A stretch of 63,683 bases of DNA, the filler included, from Conidiobolus incongruus B7586 (taxonomy: Eukaryota): assembly GCA_000697335.1 (NCBI GenBank). It is 49 parts of 49 records of this genome, joined end to end, with 100 filler letters (N's around TTAATTAATTAA, not from the genome) between each part and the next. Parts side by side here need not be neighbours in the genome. Positions count along the whole stretch, not along the records: positions 13,964 to 15,101 come from JNEM01001557.1; positions 15,202 to 16,406 come from JNEM01001558.1; positions 16,507 to 17,750 come from JNEM01001559.1; positions 17,851 to 19,127 come from JNEM01001560.1; positions 19,228 to 20,321 come from JNEM01001561.1; positions 20,422 to 22,046 come from JNEM01001562.1; positions 22,147 to 23,234 come from JNEM01001563.1; positions 23,335 to 24,514 come from JNEM01001564.1; 41 more parts are not named here. The stretch is one strand, 5' to 3'. Below the pieces are notes generated by a model. The model saw only the letters and a program-made list of their open reading frames with translations. It was not told where the DNA came from and searched no databases. Shown here in pieces: positions 13,990 through 27,473 of this stretch. Position numbers and translations under genes: made by a program. Positions within the stretch are counted from its first letter, which is position 1, and the number at the start of each line of letters is the position of its first letter.

Positions 13990-15101
13990 ATTAATTTGTA
14001 ATTAAAAAAATAGGATTTTTCACAATTGAAAAAAATAAAAATTTTAATATATAAAAAATAATAATAAAAATATAATTTAAAATTAATAATTTCCTTTATT
14101 TTTATTAACCATTTGCTATACTTTTAGCAAAGATCTAACACTTAAACAAGAGTTCTTTTTATTAAAGACTGAAATTTAATATTTTACAAACCAATTAAAT
14201 TTTTCTGCAAAAATTTTCTTTCCTACAAGCTAGTTTTTTAATTACTTAAAACAATTTTAATTATATAGGTTATAATCTAAAGAATATATTAGATATAATA
14301 GTTTATTTCTAGTTATTTTTAATTAAAAAGTGTTTAAAACTTTAGATTTATATATTTTATAATTATCATGCAAAATAATAAGTCTATTTAAATTATATTG
14401 AGAATACCAATTAAAAATAGTTTTATTTAAAAAAGAAATATAAAGTTTACTATTAATTGATTTTCCTTTAAGAACTAAATAACAATTGTATATGCTATTA
14501 TAATCTACTATAATATTTAACATTTGCTTATCAATAAAATGCTTATTTAAAGGAATTTGTAAAGGGGGTTGATTTGGCTTAATCTAACATTTTAATTTAT
14601 GTTTTAGTAAAGAATTATATAAAAAAATCTAAGATTCATCAATTACAATAATTTACTGTAAAAGCTTTAGTTTCTAATTATACCTTAGTAAGTTTTGTTT
14701 TACAATAGCTATTCTACCTTTTTTTAAGCTTTAGTTAAATTATAAAATACCTATTTTGTATTTTTATTAATTAATTTTAATTTAAGCTTTAATATATATA
14801 TAATAATTATGTAACTAATATTAAAGTATCTTGATAATTCTCTAGCTGAAATAAAAAGATGCTTTTCAATATATTTTTTTACTTTATCAATAATAATTAG
14901 AATGATAGTTAAAATTGGTTTTTTAAATTTTGATAGGTTTTGGGTAGTATTTTTCTTAGCTGTAAAATAATTTACCTAATGATAAATTATTAATTTAGAT
15001 AATGTTTTATTACCAAAAGTTGCTTATAAATTTTAAATGATTTTAGAGGGTTTATGGTTAAGTTTTACTAATATTAAAATAAAAAACTTTAGATGGTTAT
15101 T
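13990..15101 (-). mobile_element. mariner relic
   Basis: Contains ORF 14323..14523 (GKSINSKLY...IILHDNYKIYKS), a transposase catalytic-domain fragment. Confidence 0.92.
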
Positions 15102-15201
15102 NNNNNNNNNNNNNNNNNNNNNNNNNNNNNNNNNNNNNNNNNNNNTTAATTAATTAANNNNNNNNNNNNNNNNNNNNNNNNNNNNNNNNNNNNNNNNNNN
15201 N

Positions 15202-16406
15202 AAAGTTAAAATAAATATATAATATAAAATTAATAATTTTCTTTATTTCTAATAACTTTTTGCTATATTGTTAGCAAAGATCTAATACTTAAAAAATAGT
15301 TCTTTTTATTAATGACTAAAATTTGATATTTTATAAATTAATTAAATTTTTATATAGAAATTTTCTTTCTTATAAGCTAGTTTTTTAATTGCCCAAAACA
15401 ATTATAATTACATAGGTTATAATCTGAGGAATATACTAAATATGGTATTTTTTTCAAATTATTTTTATTTAGAAAGTTTTTTATAACTTTAGATTTATAT
15501 ATTTTGTAATTATTATAAAAAATAATATGTTTTCTTAAATATTATTAAAAATACCAATTAGAAAGAGTTTTATTTAAAAAAGCAATATAAAGTTTTTTAT
15601 TAATTGATTTTTCTTTGAGAACTAAATAAAAATAGCATAAGCTATTATAATCCATTATAATAATTATTATTTGCTTATTAATAAAGTGTTTATTTAAAAG
15701 AATTTGTATAGAGGGTTGATTTAATTTAATCTAATACTTTATTTATATTTTAACAAAGGATTATACAAAAAAAATCCAAGATTCATCAATTATAATAATT
15801 TATTGTAAAAGCCTTGGTTTCTAGCTATACCTTAGTAAGTTTTATTTAATAATATCTATTCTAGCTTTTTTTTAAACCTTAGTTAAATTATAAGGTACCT
15901 ATTTTATATTTTTATTAATTAATTTTTATTTAAACTTTGATATATATAAAATACTTATGTAACTAATATGAAAATATTTTGATAATTCTCTAGCTGAAAT
16001 AAAAGGTGTTTTTTAATATAATTTTTTATTTTATTGATAATTAGAAGAGTAATAATAGAAATTAGTTATTTAAATTTTAGCAAAATTTAGGTAGTTTTTC
16101 TCTTAGCTTTAAAATAATTTATATAATAATAAATTGTTGATTTAGATAATGCTTTATTAGTAAAATCTGCTTATAAATTTTAAATGATTTTAGAGGGTTT
16201 GTGGTTAAGTTTTATTGATACTAAAATAAAAGACTTTTAATGGTTTTTATTTGATTTAAGCATAATTAAATTAAACAACCAATTTTAAAAAATTAATTTT
16301 TTAACTAAAAAAATTATATATATATATATATATATAATTCAAAGTTATTTATTTTTTTATTAATTTTATATATATTTTTTTATTTAAAAATAATAATATA
16401 TTTGAA
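15202..16406 (-). mobile_element. mariner relic
   Basis: Reverse-complement homology; YSSDYNL and DESW motifs visible. Confidence 0.9.
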
Positions 16407-16506
16407 NNNNNNNNNNNNNNNNNNNNNNNNNNNNNNNNNNNNNNNNNNNNTTAATTAATTAANNNNNNNNNNNNNNNNNNNNNNNNNNNNNNNNNNNNNN
16501 NNNNNN

Positions 16507-17750
16507 ATATAATATTAAAATTGAAATAATGGGAGATTTTTTAATTTATGAATTTTCAAATATATTATTAAGATGAAATAAATAAATATATACAAATTTA
16601 ATAGGAAACTATATAATTTTAATATATATAATAATTTTTTTTGATTAAAAAATTAAATTTTTAAAATTGGTTGTTTAATTTAATTATATTTAAATTAAAT
16701 AATAATCATCAAAAGTCTTTTATTTTAATATTAATAAAACTTAACTATAAGCCCACTAAAATTATTCAAAATTTACAAACTGCTTTTGATAATAAAACAT
16801 TCTCTAAATTGACAATTTATTACTAGGTAAATTATTTTAAGATTAGGAAAAAAAACTATCTAAAACCTGTTAAAATCTATAAAACTAACTTTAACTATTA
16901 TTCTTTCAATTTTTAATAAATTAAAAAAATATTTTTAAAAGTATCTTTTTATTTTAATTAGAGAATTATCTCATCATTTTAATATTAGTTTATAGGTATT
17001 TTATATATATTAAAATTTAAACTCAAATTAATAAATTAAAATAAAAAATAGGTATATTATAGTTTAACTAAAGCTTAAAATAAAGTTAAAATAACTATTG
17101 CTAAAAAAACTTATTAAAATATTACCAAATGCCTAGACTTTTATATCAAGTAATTATAACTGGTAAATCTTAGATTTTTAAATATAATCTTTTATTAAAA
17201 TATAAATCAAATTGTTAGGTGAGGTTAAATCAATCTTTATTACAAATCCTTTTAAATAAATATTTTATTAACAAATAAATATTAATTATTGCAATAGATT
17301 ATAATAATATATGATACTTTTATTTAATTCCTGAAGGAAAATTAATTAATAGTAAACTTTATATTGCTTTTTTGAAAAAATATATTTCTTATTGGTATTA
17401 CTAATATAATCTGAGGAAACCTGTTATTTTATAGGATAATTGCAAAATATATTAATCTAAATTTATAAAAAACTTTGTAATTGAAAATAACTGGAAAAAA
17501 CTATCATATTTAGGATATTCCCTAGATTAGAACCTATGAAATTATAATTATTCAAGGAAATTAAAAAACTAATTAATAAGAAAGAAAATATTTTGCAAAA
17601 AAATTTAATTTATAAAATATCAAATTTCAGTCTTTATAAAAAATATTTTTAAATTGTTAGTAATTTATCAAAAGTATAGCAAATAGTTATTGATAATAAA
17701 AAAATCTATTAAATTTATATTATATATTTATTTTTATAAACTATATATTA
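16507..17750 (+). mobile_element. mariner relic, near full length with 5' TIR
   Basis: AAATTGAAATAATGGGAGATTTT terminus; family homology throughout. Confidence 0.9.
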
Positions 17751-17850
17751 NNNNNNNNNNNNNNNNNNNNNNNNNNNNNNNNNNNNNNNNNNNNTTAATT
17801 AATTAANNNNNNNNNNNNNNNNNNNNNNNNNNNNNNNNNNNNNNNNNNNN

Positions 17851-17952
17851 CAAACTATTAATTTTTTTATTTATTTTGTATATATTTTTTTATTTAAAAT
17901 TGATTATATGTTAGAAAAATCAGAAATTAAAAAATTTCCCTTTTTTAATGAT
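17851..17952 (-). mobile_element. mariner 5' terminal fragment
   Basis: AAAAATCAGAAATTAAAAAATTTCCC is the reverse complement of the family 5' end. Confidence 0.7.
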
Positions 17953-18403
17953 ATAATAATATAAATATTTATTAGTTATATTATAACTATATATTAATTT
18001 ATTATTATTATAATTATAATATAACATATTGTGTTTTTTTTAATTAACTTGTTTAAAATATATCATAGATATAATTATTAATATATACAATATAATGTAA
18101 AAGAAGATTCAATATCTATTTAATAAGTTAATAAATTAAATACCAAAGTTTAAGCTTTATAAATAAATAAGCTAATATAGATGTATTAGATTTTTTAATA
18201 AGGCAATATCAATAAAATATAATATTAATTGATATATTTTTAAACTTAGGAATAATAATATTTATCAAAAAAATAGTTAGGATTGAGAGGAAAAGGAAGA
18301 ACCATATTAATTAGCCAAATTAATACTATTCATACAATGAAATTAAGAGTAATATAAATTACTTGATTATATAAAGTTAAACCAGTTATATATAATTATA
18401 CTA

Positions 18404-18797
18404 CAAGGCTTCTGGAGAGTAGCCTTTAGATAAAGATCACGTGAATTTGATGAAACGGGCCAAAGAAAACTAACGAGATACTTTACAGGGATTTTATTAA
18501 AATATCAAGATATATGACTTGGCCCTGATTGAAGTGATCATCCAGCAAATGTCTGTCCAGTGACTATTTTATAATGTGAGTGTTCCTTTGCCAATGTGTT
18601 GAAACTCTAATTTCTATTATAGTCTGGAATTTTCCATTGTGCAAGGATCGTTCTTGATATTTGTAAGCGGATTACATCTGGAATCTTGACAGACAGTTAA
18701 AATTGAAAGACGAGCAGACCTCCCGATCTGTGACAATATAAAAGAATTCTATGAACTAGTTTCTTACCATATATTCTCTATATTAATATATAAATAA
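18404..18797 (+). pseudogene. Two-intron gene remnant of unknown product
   Basis: GC-richer island with putative introns 18441-18488 (GTGAAT..ACTAAC..TACAG) and 18576-18622 (GTGAGT..CTAAT..TATAG). The spliced frame is interrupted by TGA at 18526, 18535 and 18687. Confidence 0.4.
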
Positions 18798-19227
18798 TAT
18801 AATATTAAAAAAATAGTATAAATTATTTTAAAATATATTAGCCTAGTGTTTAATTTAGTATTAAATTATTAATATATATTAAGTATTATATATATAGTTA
18901 ATTTTAAGAACAATTAATTAATATTGATTTTGAAATAAAAAACAAAAATATTACGTTGTATTAACTTATAAAAAGCTGTATTATTATTTTAATCATTTAA
19001 TATTCATAAAAACAATAAAGAAATGTTGATATAAATGAAAATCGTTAATATATTAATACAATATAATAAATTATATAAAATTTTATTTAATATTTCTCAA
19101 TAATATATATAATAAATAGTAAAATATNNNNNNNNNNNNNNNNNNNNNNNNNNNNNNNNNNNNNNNNNNNNTTAATTAATTAANNNNNNNNNNNNNNNNN
19201 NNNNNNNNNNNNNNNNNNNNNNNNNNN

Positions 19228-20321
19228 ATAAAAAATTTATTTTTAAAATTAATTATTCAATTTAATTATATTTAAACCAAATAATAACCATCAAAAGTTT
19301 TTTATTTTGATATCAATAAAACTTAACCACAAACCCTTTAAAATTATTTAAAATTTACAAACATCTTTTGGTAATAAAGTATTATCTAAATCAATAATTT
19401 ATTGCTTGGTAAATTATTTTAAAGCTAGGAGAAAAACTACCCAAAACCTATTAAAATCTAAAAGACTAATTTTAGCTATTATTTTTCTAATTATTAATAA
19501 AATAAAAAATATTATTAAAAAACACCTTTTTATTTCAGTTAGAGAATTATCAAAACATTTTAATATTAGTTATATAAGTATTTTATATATATTAAAGTTT
19601 AAATTAAAATTAATTAATAAAAATATAAAATAGGTGCCTTATAATTTAACTAAAGCTTAAACAAAAACTAGAGTGGTTATTATTAAACAAAGCTTACTAA
19701 GGTATAACTAAAAATCAAAACTTTTACAATAAATTATTACAATTGATGAATCTTAAATTCTTTTGTATAATCCTTTGCTAAAATATAAATCAAGGTGTTG
19801 GATTAAGCCAAATTAACCTTTTTTATAAATTCCTTTAAATAAATACTTTATTGATAAGTGAATATTAATTATTATAATAAATTATAGTAGCATAAGCTAT
19901 TTCTATATAGTACTTAAAAGAAAATTAATTAATAATAAACTTTATATTTCTTTTTTAAATAAAATTATTTCTAATTGGTATTCTTAATATAATTTGAGAA
20001 AATCTATTATTTTGCATGATAATTACAAAATATATAAATTTAAGGTTAAAAAAAACTTTCTAATTAAAAATAACTGAAAAAAACTATCATATTTAGTATA
20101 TTCTTTAGATTATAACCCATATAATTATAATTGTTTTAGGTAATTAAAAAATTAGCTTATAAAAAAGAAAATTTCTTTAAAAAAATTTAATTGGTTTATA
20201 AAATATTAAATTTCAATCTTTAATAAAAAGAACTATTTTTAAATATTAGATTTTTGCTAAAAATATTTCAAAAAGCTATTAGAAATAAAAGATATTATTA
20301 ATCTTATATAATATATTTATT
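19228..20321 (+). mobile_element. mariner relic
   Basis: Contains ORF 19406..19633 (HTH region, ISVRELSKHFNISY) followed by *VPYNLT (WVPHEL-type), DES and LHDN. Confidence 0.92.
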
Positions 20322-20421
20322 NNNNNNNNNNNNNNNNNNNNNNNNNNNNNNNNNNNNNNNNNNNNTTAATTAATTAANNNNNNNNNNNNNNNNNNNNNNN
20401 NNNNNNNNNNNNNNNNNNNNN

Positions 20422-20539
20422 TTATAAATTAATATGTTTTAATATTAATAGAAAAATTAATATTTAATATATTTATTTTTTTCTTTTTTAACTTCTTTAA
20501 GTTTATAAAGTTAATTAGTTTCTTATATTAAGTAAAACT
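20422..20539 (-). mobile_element. Tc1-like fragment (insertion target of the Gypsy element)
   Basis: AACTTCTTTAAGTTTATAAAGTTAATTAGTTTCTTATATTAAG matches the family minus strand. Confidence 0.65.
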
Positions 20540-20932
20540 TATAAGCATAGGGGTAAATACCAATATAATATAAAAAAAGACTTAATATAAGAATAGTGTG
20601 ATATAAAACATAATATTATAATATAGCTATAGTGTGTAAATATAAACAAAATTTAATTAAGCTTTAAATTAAGATAAGTTACTAATATATTAAGAATTAT
20701 ATTAGGTAGTGTTAATATACTATAATATTAATAGGATATAGTTTTAATTTTAAAAATAATGAAAAAAATAAGAAATAATAAAAATTAAAAGAATAAAAAC
20801 TAATTTTTTAAATAATTCAACACTATTTATATAATTAATTTAATTATAAAAGTATAAATTAATCATAAAATTTATAATTAATTGAATTATATGAAAGTAT
20901 ATATAAGATTTTAAAAAACTAGTTTTTTAATA
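20540..20932 (-). mobile_element. 3' LTR of a Ty3/Gypsy element (LTR family C)
   Basis: Homologous to the solo LTRs but has no TSD. It abuts internal pol sequence, and a purine run (AAAAGAG on minus) directly precedes it. Confidence 0.85.
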
Positions 20933-22046
20933 CTCTTTTAATAAATTTTTTAAAAGAGATATACTCCTTTGATTTTTCTAAATAGATATCATAAGTTAAA
21001 ATATTCTTAATATTTTCTAAAGGTTCTTATATAGCTTTTTCAATAAAATAACCCATTTATTTTATATAAAAATAAAGCTTATTCCTAATAGATTTAGATT
21101 TAATTATGTAATTAACATAGCATTCTTCTTTTCTATCTTAATTAATAATTAAATCTAATTTTAAAGATTTTAATTAATTAAGAAAAATATCAAAATCTTC
21201 AAAATAAAGTTTGATTTTGGATATGTAAAAGGTAAAGTTGATTTTCAAAGTTAAAAATAATTCTAAAATAATATTTTCAAAATTTAAATCAATAGATTAA
21301 ATTTTATAGGGATTATAATATAATAGCAAGTATTTTAGATTTAAGTTAGATTTAAGTAAAATAAGTTTAAAGGTAGATTATTCTAAGTATATAAACACAC
21401 TAGTTTTATAATTAAAAGGATTTCTAGATAACTTTAAATATTATTGTTCTATAATCCTTTCATTTTCTTCCAGGTTAAATTTAACAAGGGAATTAATATA
21501 TTTTATATTAGATTAAAATACAATAACATCTAAAAATAAATTGATTTAAAATTTTAAAAAAATTATTAAATTAGGATATTTACTGTATTTAATAAAATAA
21601 AGGTTAAAACTTGTTGATTTATTAATAAATATATTGAATAAATATTAAAGTTAGTAGATATAAGTAACTTAATTTAATTAATTAATATTAATATAAGTTT
21701 TAATCATTTGTTTTAAAGTTTTAGTAATTTTTTTAGTAAGTTTATTAGTTTAATAATAATTAATAATAGATATAGCTAGATTAATCTTAAGCAAAAAAAT
21801 AGTAACTTTTAGAATTAAAAGTTGAATTATATATCTCTATCAAATATAATAGTTTGTAGAATTTTATAATAGGTAAAAATATTAGAAAATAATAGTTATA
21901 TAATATTTTTAATTATAAAAGTTTTAAAATAAAAAATAAAATAAATATATTTAAAGAATGAGCTAATTATAATTAGTAAGTTATTATAATTAATTATTGA
22001 TTTAAGAGTTTTTATAAAATTAGATTTATTATTAAATTTTATTAAA
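20933..22046 (-). mobile_element. Ty3/Gypsy integrase C-terminus plus chromodomain relic
   Basis: Minus strand KINFTFYISKIKLY (IHPTFHVSKIKPY-type, ~21245-21205), then YIK*MGY...*EPLENI (chromodomain KW.GY...WEP, ~21068-21010). Confidence 0.75.
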
Positions 22047-22149
22047 NNNNNNNNNNNNNNNNNNNNNNNNNNNNNNNNNNNNNNNNNNNNTTAATTAATT
22101 AANNNNNNNNNNNNNNNNNNNNNNNNNNNNNNNNNNNNNNNNNNNNTTA

Positions 22150-23234
22150 CCATGGAATTGAAAAAATAGGAAATTTTTCATTTTTGATTTTTCAAACTTA
22201 TTATAAGTTTCAAATAAAAAAATAATTTTTTAAAATAATTTATTTAATTTGATTATATTTAAACCCAATAATGATTATCAAAAGACTCTTATTTTTATAT
22301 TAATAAAATTAAACTATTAATCCTCTAAAATTATTCAAAAATTACAAATTATTTTTAAAAATGAAATATTATTTAAATCAATATTTATTGCTTTATAAGT
22401 TATTTCAAGATTAAAAAAAACTATCTAAAACCTATCAAATTCTAAAAAACTAATTTAATTGTTATTTTTTAATTATATATAGAGTAAAAGGATATATTAA
22501 CAAGACCTTTTATTCTAGCTAAAAAATTATCAAGCAAATTTAATATTAATTATATAAATATTTTATATATATAAATGCTTAAGTTAAAATTAATCAATTA
22601 AAATATAAAATAAATATTTTATAATTTTACTAAAATTTAAAAAAGCTAGAATAGCTATTATTAAATAAAACTTACTAAAATATAGCTAAAAACCAAGGCT
22701 TTTATATTGAATTATTATAATTGATAAATCTTAAATCCCATTATATAATACTTTACCAAAATATAAAACAAGATGGTAAATTAAGATAAATTAACCCCCT
22801 TTATAAATTATTTTGAATAAATACTATAGTGATAAATAAATATTAATTATTATAATAGATTATAATGGTATTGGATATTTTTATTTAATATTTAAAGGAA
22901 AATCAATTAATAAACTCTATTTTGCTTTTTTAAATAAAATTATTTCTAATTGGTATTTTTAATATAATTTAAGAAAACTTATTATTTTGTAAAATAATAG
23001 CAAAGATATATAAAACTAAAGTTATAAAAAACTTTTAATTAAAAATAATTAGAAAGAATTACCATACCAAGTATATTCTTTAGATTATAACCTATATAAT
23101 TATAATTATTTTTGATAATTAAAAAATTAGCTTGTTAAAAAATATTTAAAAAAAATTTAATTAATCTGTGAAATATTAATTTAATTATTTAATAAAAAGA
23201 ATTAATTTTGAGGAATTAAAACTTTATTAAAAAA
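22150..23234 (+). mobile_element. mariner relic with best-preserved 5' TIR
   Basis: TA|CCATGGAATTGAAAAAATAGGAAATTTTT; family homology. Confidence 0.9.
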
Positions 23235-23334
23235 NNNNNNNNNNNNNNNNNNNNNNNNNNNNNNNNNNNNNNNNNNNNTTAATTAATTAANNNNNNNNNN
23301 NNNNNNNNNNNNNNNNNNNNNNNNNNNNNNNNNN

Positions 23335-24514
23335 AAAAGAAATTAATCAACTTATAATATTATTAAAGTTATTAATTTTAGCTAATTTATTATAGTTAAA
23401 ATTGTTAAAAATAATAATAAAAATATTTTTAAACTTAAATATATTAAAATTATAGATAAATATAATAAAAGATATATTTATAGATTAGTTAATATAAGCA
23501 AATATAATATAATTATAGAAATATAACAGGAATTATAAAACTATATAAGAATATTAGTTAATACTTATACTATTATATATATCTTATATTAATATAATTA
23601 CTACTTATATCTTAAAAAAACTTATAACTAAAAAATCCCATTATAAAATTAAATAGGAATTTAAATATCATTATTAAAGTTAAATTAACATTAATTAGTT
23701 TAAAATTATTTAGTTTAATAAAATAAAGAAATATTTAATAAACTTAATAAAAAAGTTAGATATTTTAAAAAATATATAATTACTTTATAATCATCATGTT
23801 AATTATACCCAAAAATATAATAATAAGTTAATTATTATTTAAAAATATATATTATCTTTATGTAAAAGATATCTTTATAAAACTAATGATAGAATTAATA
23901 TTAAAATATAATAAATTACTATAAATAATAAATTGAAAAAAACTATTAATTAATATAGATTAAACAAATCAAATATTATTTTTTAATAAAATAATATTTT
24001 TTATTATATTATAGCTTTTACTACCAAATAACTTAAAAATAACAAGATAATAGTTATAAAATAGTTTTTTTAATTTTTTAACTTTAATTTAATTAAATAT
24101 CTTTAAAATTAGTTAAAAAAAGTTATTAAACCTTTCCCCTTAATAAAAAATTTAAATTAACTTTAAAAGTATAATTAAGAAGGATAAAATAAGATTACCC
24201 TTTTTTAATATAAGAAGTTAGTTCATTTTTTACCTTATAAACTTAAAAAAATTAAAAAAGTTAAAGATAAATACACTAAGTTTTAATTTTTTTATCATTA
24301 CAAATTTATAAATTTACAAATTTATAACTTATCATAAATAAAATTTAAAGATTAATAACTTAACTAATTAATAACTAAATATCATCATTTAATGATTTAT
24401 ATTATTAATAAATATATATAATTTTAATTATTTAATTTGGGTATATTTTTTTTAATATTAATTAAGTTATTAATAAAAAGATAAGTGTTTTGATTTTATA
24501 ACTTATTTTTGTTA
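23335..24514 (+). mobile_element. Tc1-like relic
   Basis: Family homology extending into the 3' terminus. Confidence 0.9.
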
Positions 24515-24614
24515 NNNNNNNNNNNNNNNNNNNNNNNNNNNNNNNNNNNNNNNNNNNNTTAATTAATTAANNNNNNNNNNNNNNNNNNNNNNNNNNNNNN
24601 NNNNNNNNNNNNNN

Positions 24615-25790
24615 AAATTATATATATATTTAATTTTAATTATTTTTTTAATTAAAATATTTTGATTTTAAAATTTATATTGAAAATTAATCATATTTAA
24701 ACTAAATTATAATTATCAAAAGGTTTTTATTTTTATATCTTTAAAACTTAACCATAAACCTTTTAAAATTATTTAAAACTTATAAATAGCTTATAAAGAT
24801 GGTATTTTATCTAAAACTACCATATATCACTAGATTTTTTATTTTAAAGCTAAAAGGGACATTATTTAAAATTTATTAAAATTTAAAAGACTAATTTCTA
24901 TTAGCTTTTATTACATACTAATAAAATAAAAAAATATATTAAGTAATATCTTTTTATTTCTATTATAGTATAATTAAAGTAATTTAATATTAATCATATA
25001 AGTATAATATATTTAGTTAAGTTTTAACTTAAATTTATTTATAAAAATATAAATAGATACCTTATAATTTAACAAAAGCCTAAAAAAAACCAAAATAGCT
25101 ATAATTAAACTAAACTTATTAAAATATAACTAAAAACCAAGATTATTATAATAAATACTTATAATTGATAAATCATAAATTTCTTTATATAATTCTTTAA
25201 TCAAAAATAAAATAAGATGTTTGGTTAAGCTAAATAATCCCCTTTATAAATTTTAAAAAATAAATATTTTAAATATAGGTAAATATTAATTATTATAGTA
25301 GATTATAATAATATATAGTTTCTTTATTTAATACCTTAATGAAAATTAATTAATAGTAAATTATATATTATTTTTTTAAATAAAACAATTTTTAAATAAT
25401 ATTTTTAATATAAATTAATGACACCTATTATTTTACATAATAATTGCAAAATATATAAAACTAAAGCTATAAAAGATTTTTGATATAAAAAAAATAAAAG
25501 AAGTTATCATATCTAGTATATTCACCTGATTATAACCAATATAATTATAATTGTTTTAAATAGTTAAAATATAGCTTACAAGAAAAAAATTCCTGTAAAC
25601 AAATTAAATTAGTTTATGAAATATTAAATTTTAGTCTTTAATAAAAAGAACTGTTTTTTTTGTATTAGAAGCTTATTAAAAATATAAAAAAAATTATAAA
25701 TAATAAATGAGATTATTAATTTTATTTTATTTATTAATTTTTATATATTATTTATTAATTAATTTGTTTAATTTTAATTTTAAAATTATG
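24615..25790 (+). mobile_element. mariner relic (second subfamily)
   Basis: DGILSKTTIYH variant shared with 45499-46730; YSPDYNQ motif. Confidence 0.9.
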
Positions 25791-25912
25791 CTATTATTTA
25801 ATTTTTGTATTANNNNNNNNNNNNNNNNNNNNNNNNNNNNNNNNNNNNNNNNNNNNTTAATTAATTAANNNNNNNNNNNNNNNNNNNNNNNNNNNNNNNN
25901 NNNNNNNNNNNN

Positions 25913-27373
25913 ATATTATATATCTTTTATTTTGAATTCGAATAAATTTAATATATAATCTTTTATAATATTTTTATGATTTTGAATAAGTTACTTGAAT
26001 ATTTGTTATATATAGTTTCAAACTATTGAACTATATTATTATATTGATTTATTTTGTTAAATATTCAATTTATTCAAGTTTAATGAATTAATAAGAAAAT
26101 GACTATATTCAGAAAGTTATTATTTAATATAATAAATGTAAAAATAATGTTTGATTCTTAAAAAATCTAATTTTTTCCTTATATATTTTAAATTACAATA
26201 AACCATATTTTGAGATAATATTTATAAACAATTTTTGAAAATAAAATTTATAAAATATATTTAAAAAGTAAGGATGATATATTGATTATTTTTGATAATA
26301 TATTATCATTTTTTCATTTAAAATTTCAACCCAATTAAACTTTATGATGAACTTTTGATAAAAATTATAAATATTTACATTTATCACTTAATGCTTTAGA
26401 AAATATGAATTTTAAATATTATGAACATAAATTTATAGAATGTGTCTCTTTAATAGTGTCAAAAATAACCTAAGTAAGAATTTAACAAAAATAAAAATTA
26501 AAAAATAAAAATTGGAAAAAATATATTAATTTGAAAATATTTGTCTATTATATAAATTTTTAGATTTCATATAATAATAACTTATAATAAAAAAATTTTA
26601 TTAGAAGCTTGGAATTTAAATAATTATATATTATTAAAGTAATAAATTTTGAAAATTTATTTCTGTTAACTTTAAAACTTATTCGGCATTCAAAATATCT
26701 TTTTTAACATTTTTTGTTGAATATTTCATGGTTATTTTGCAACAAATTTATTATACAATAAATATAAAATTCTAGCAATATTAGAGAAATATATTTTTTT
26801 TATTATTTGATATATAAACTGATTGTTTAAAATTATTAAATATAAAGTAAATATTTTATATATAATTTGAAATCATCATATATATATAATTTGATACAAA
26901 CAGAGTTATATATTATTATTATTTGAAATCATATAAATCATAATATATATATAAATAAAATGATAGAGCATATAGTGATGATATTATTCATTTATAAAAT
27001 TGATTCAAGAAATGATTCAATAAAAATAATAAAAAAATATTTAAATAATTGCCAAATATTTATATATATTTTTCTTATTCTAAGTTTATATTACAATAAT
27101 ATTAAATAAAATCATAACTTTGTTATAATAATAATCAATTATTAATTCAATTCAAAATATAATATTAATATGTCTAAAATAATATATTGTTATTGATGTT
27201 ATTTGATTATTTAAAATTTTATTAATAGAATCATATATCGTTATATTTTTTTATAATTATATTAAATATTAATATTTTTTTAAAAATTTATATAAAATAA
27301 TAGGCAAACTATTTAAATTATTATTAATTAACAAAATATTAGTAATATAAAACTAGAATTATAAAATATTAAT
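25913..27373. other. Unassigned AT-rich single-copy sequence, possibly a decayed LRR-type gene
   Basis: No match to the TE families and no ORF of 60 aa or more. Confidence 0.15.
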
Positions 27374-27473
27374 NNNNNNNNNNNNNNNNNNNNNNNNNNN
27401 NNNNNNNNNNNNNNNNNTTAATTAATTAANNNNNNNNNNNNNNNNNNNNNNNNNNNNNNNNNNNNNNNNNNNN

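Noticed and set aside
14323..14523. ORFs 14323..14523, 19406..19633 and 46249..46458 as genes
   Set aside because: Stop-free windows within mutated mariner transposase relics, starting at TTG.
18436..18443. RTCACGTG (here and at 53441) as point-centromere CDEI
   Set aside because: No CDEII/CDEIII arrangement follows, and point centromeres are restricted to Saccharomycetaceae-type yeasts, which this TE content does not fit.
18404..18500. LLESSL*IKITDF as a protein-kinase DFG region
   Set aside because: The Gly of DFG is absent and there is no correctly spaced HRD.KP.N upstream.
18448..18528. TGATGA...CTGA with a GGGCCAA/TTGGCCC stem as a C/D snoRNA or SECIS
   Set aside because: No recognisable rRNA guide, the loop is too long for a SECIS, and it overlaps better-supported intron signals. 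An Infernal/Rfam scan would settle it.
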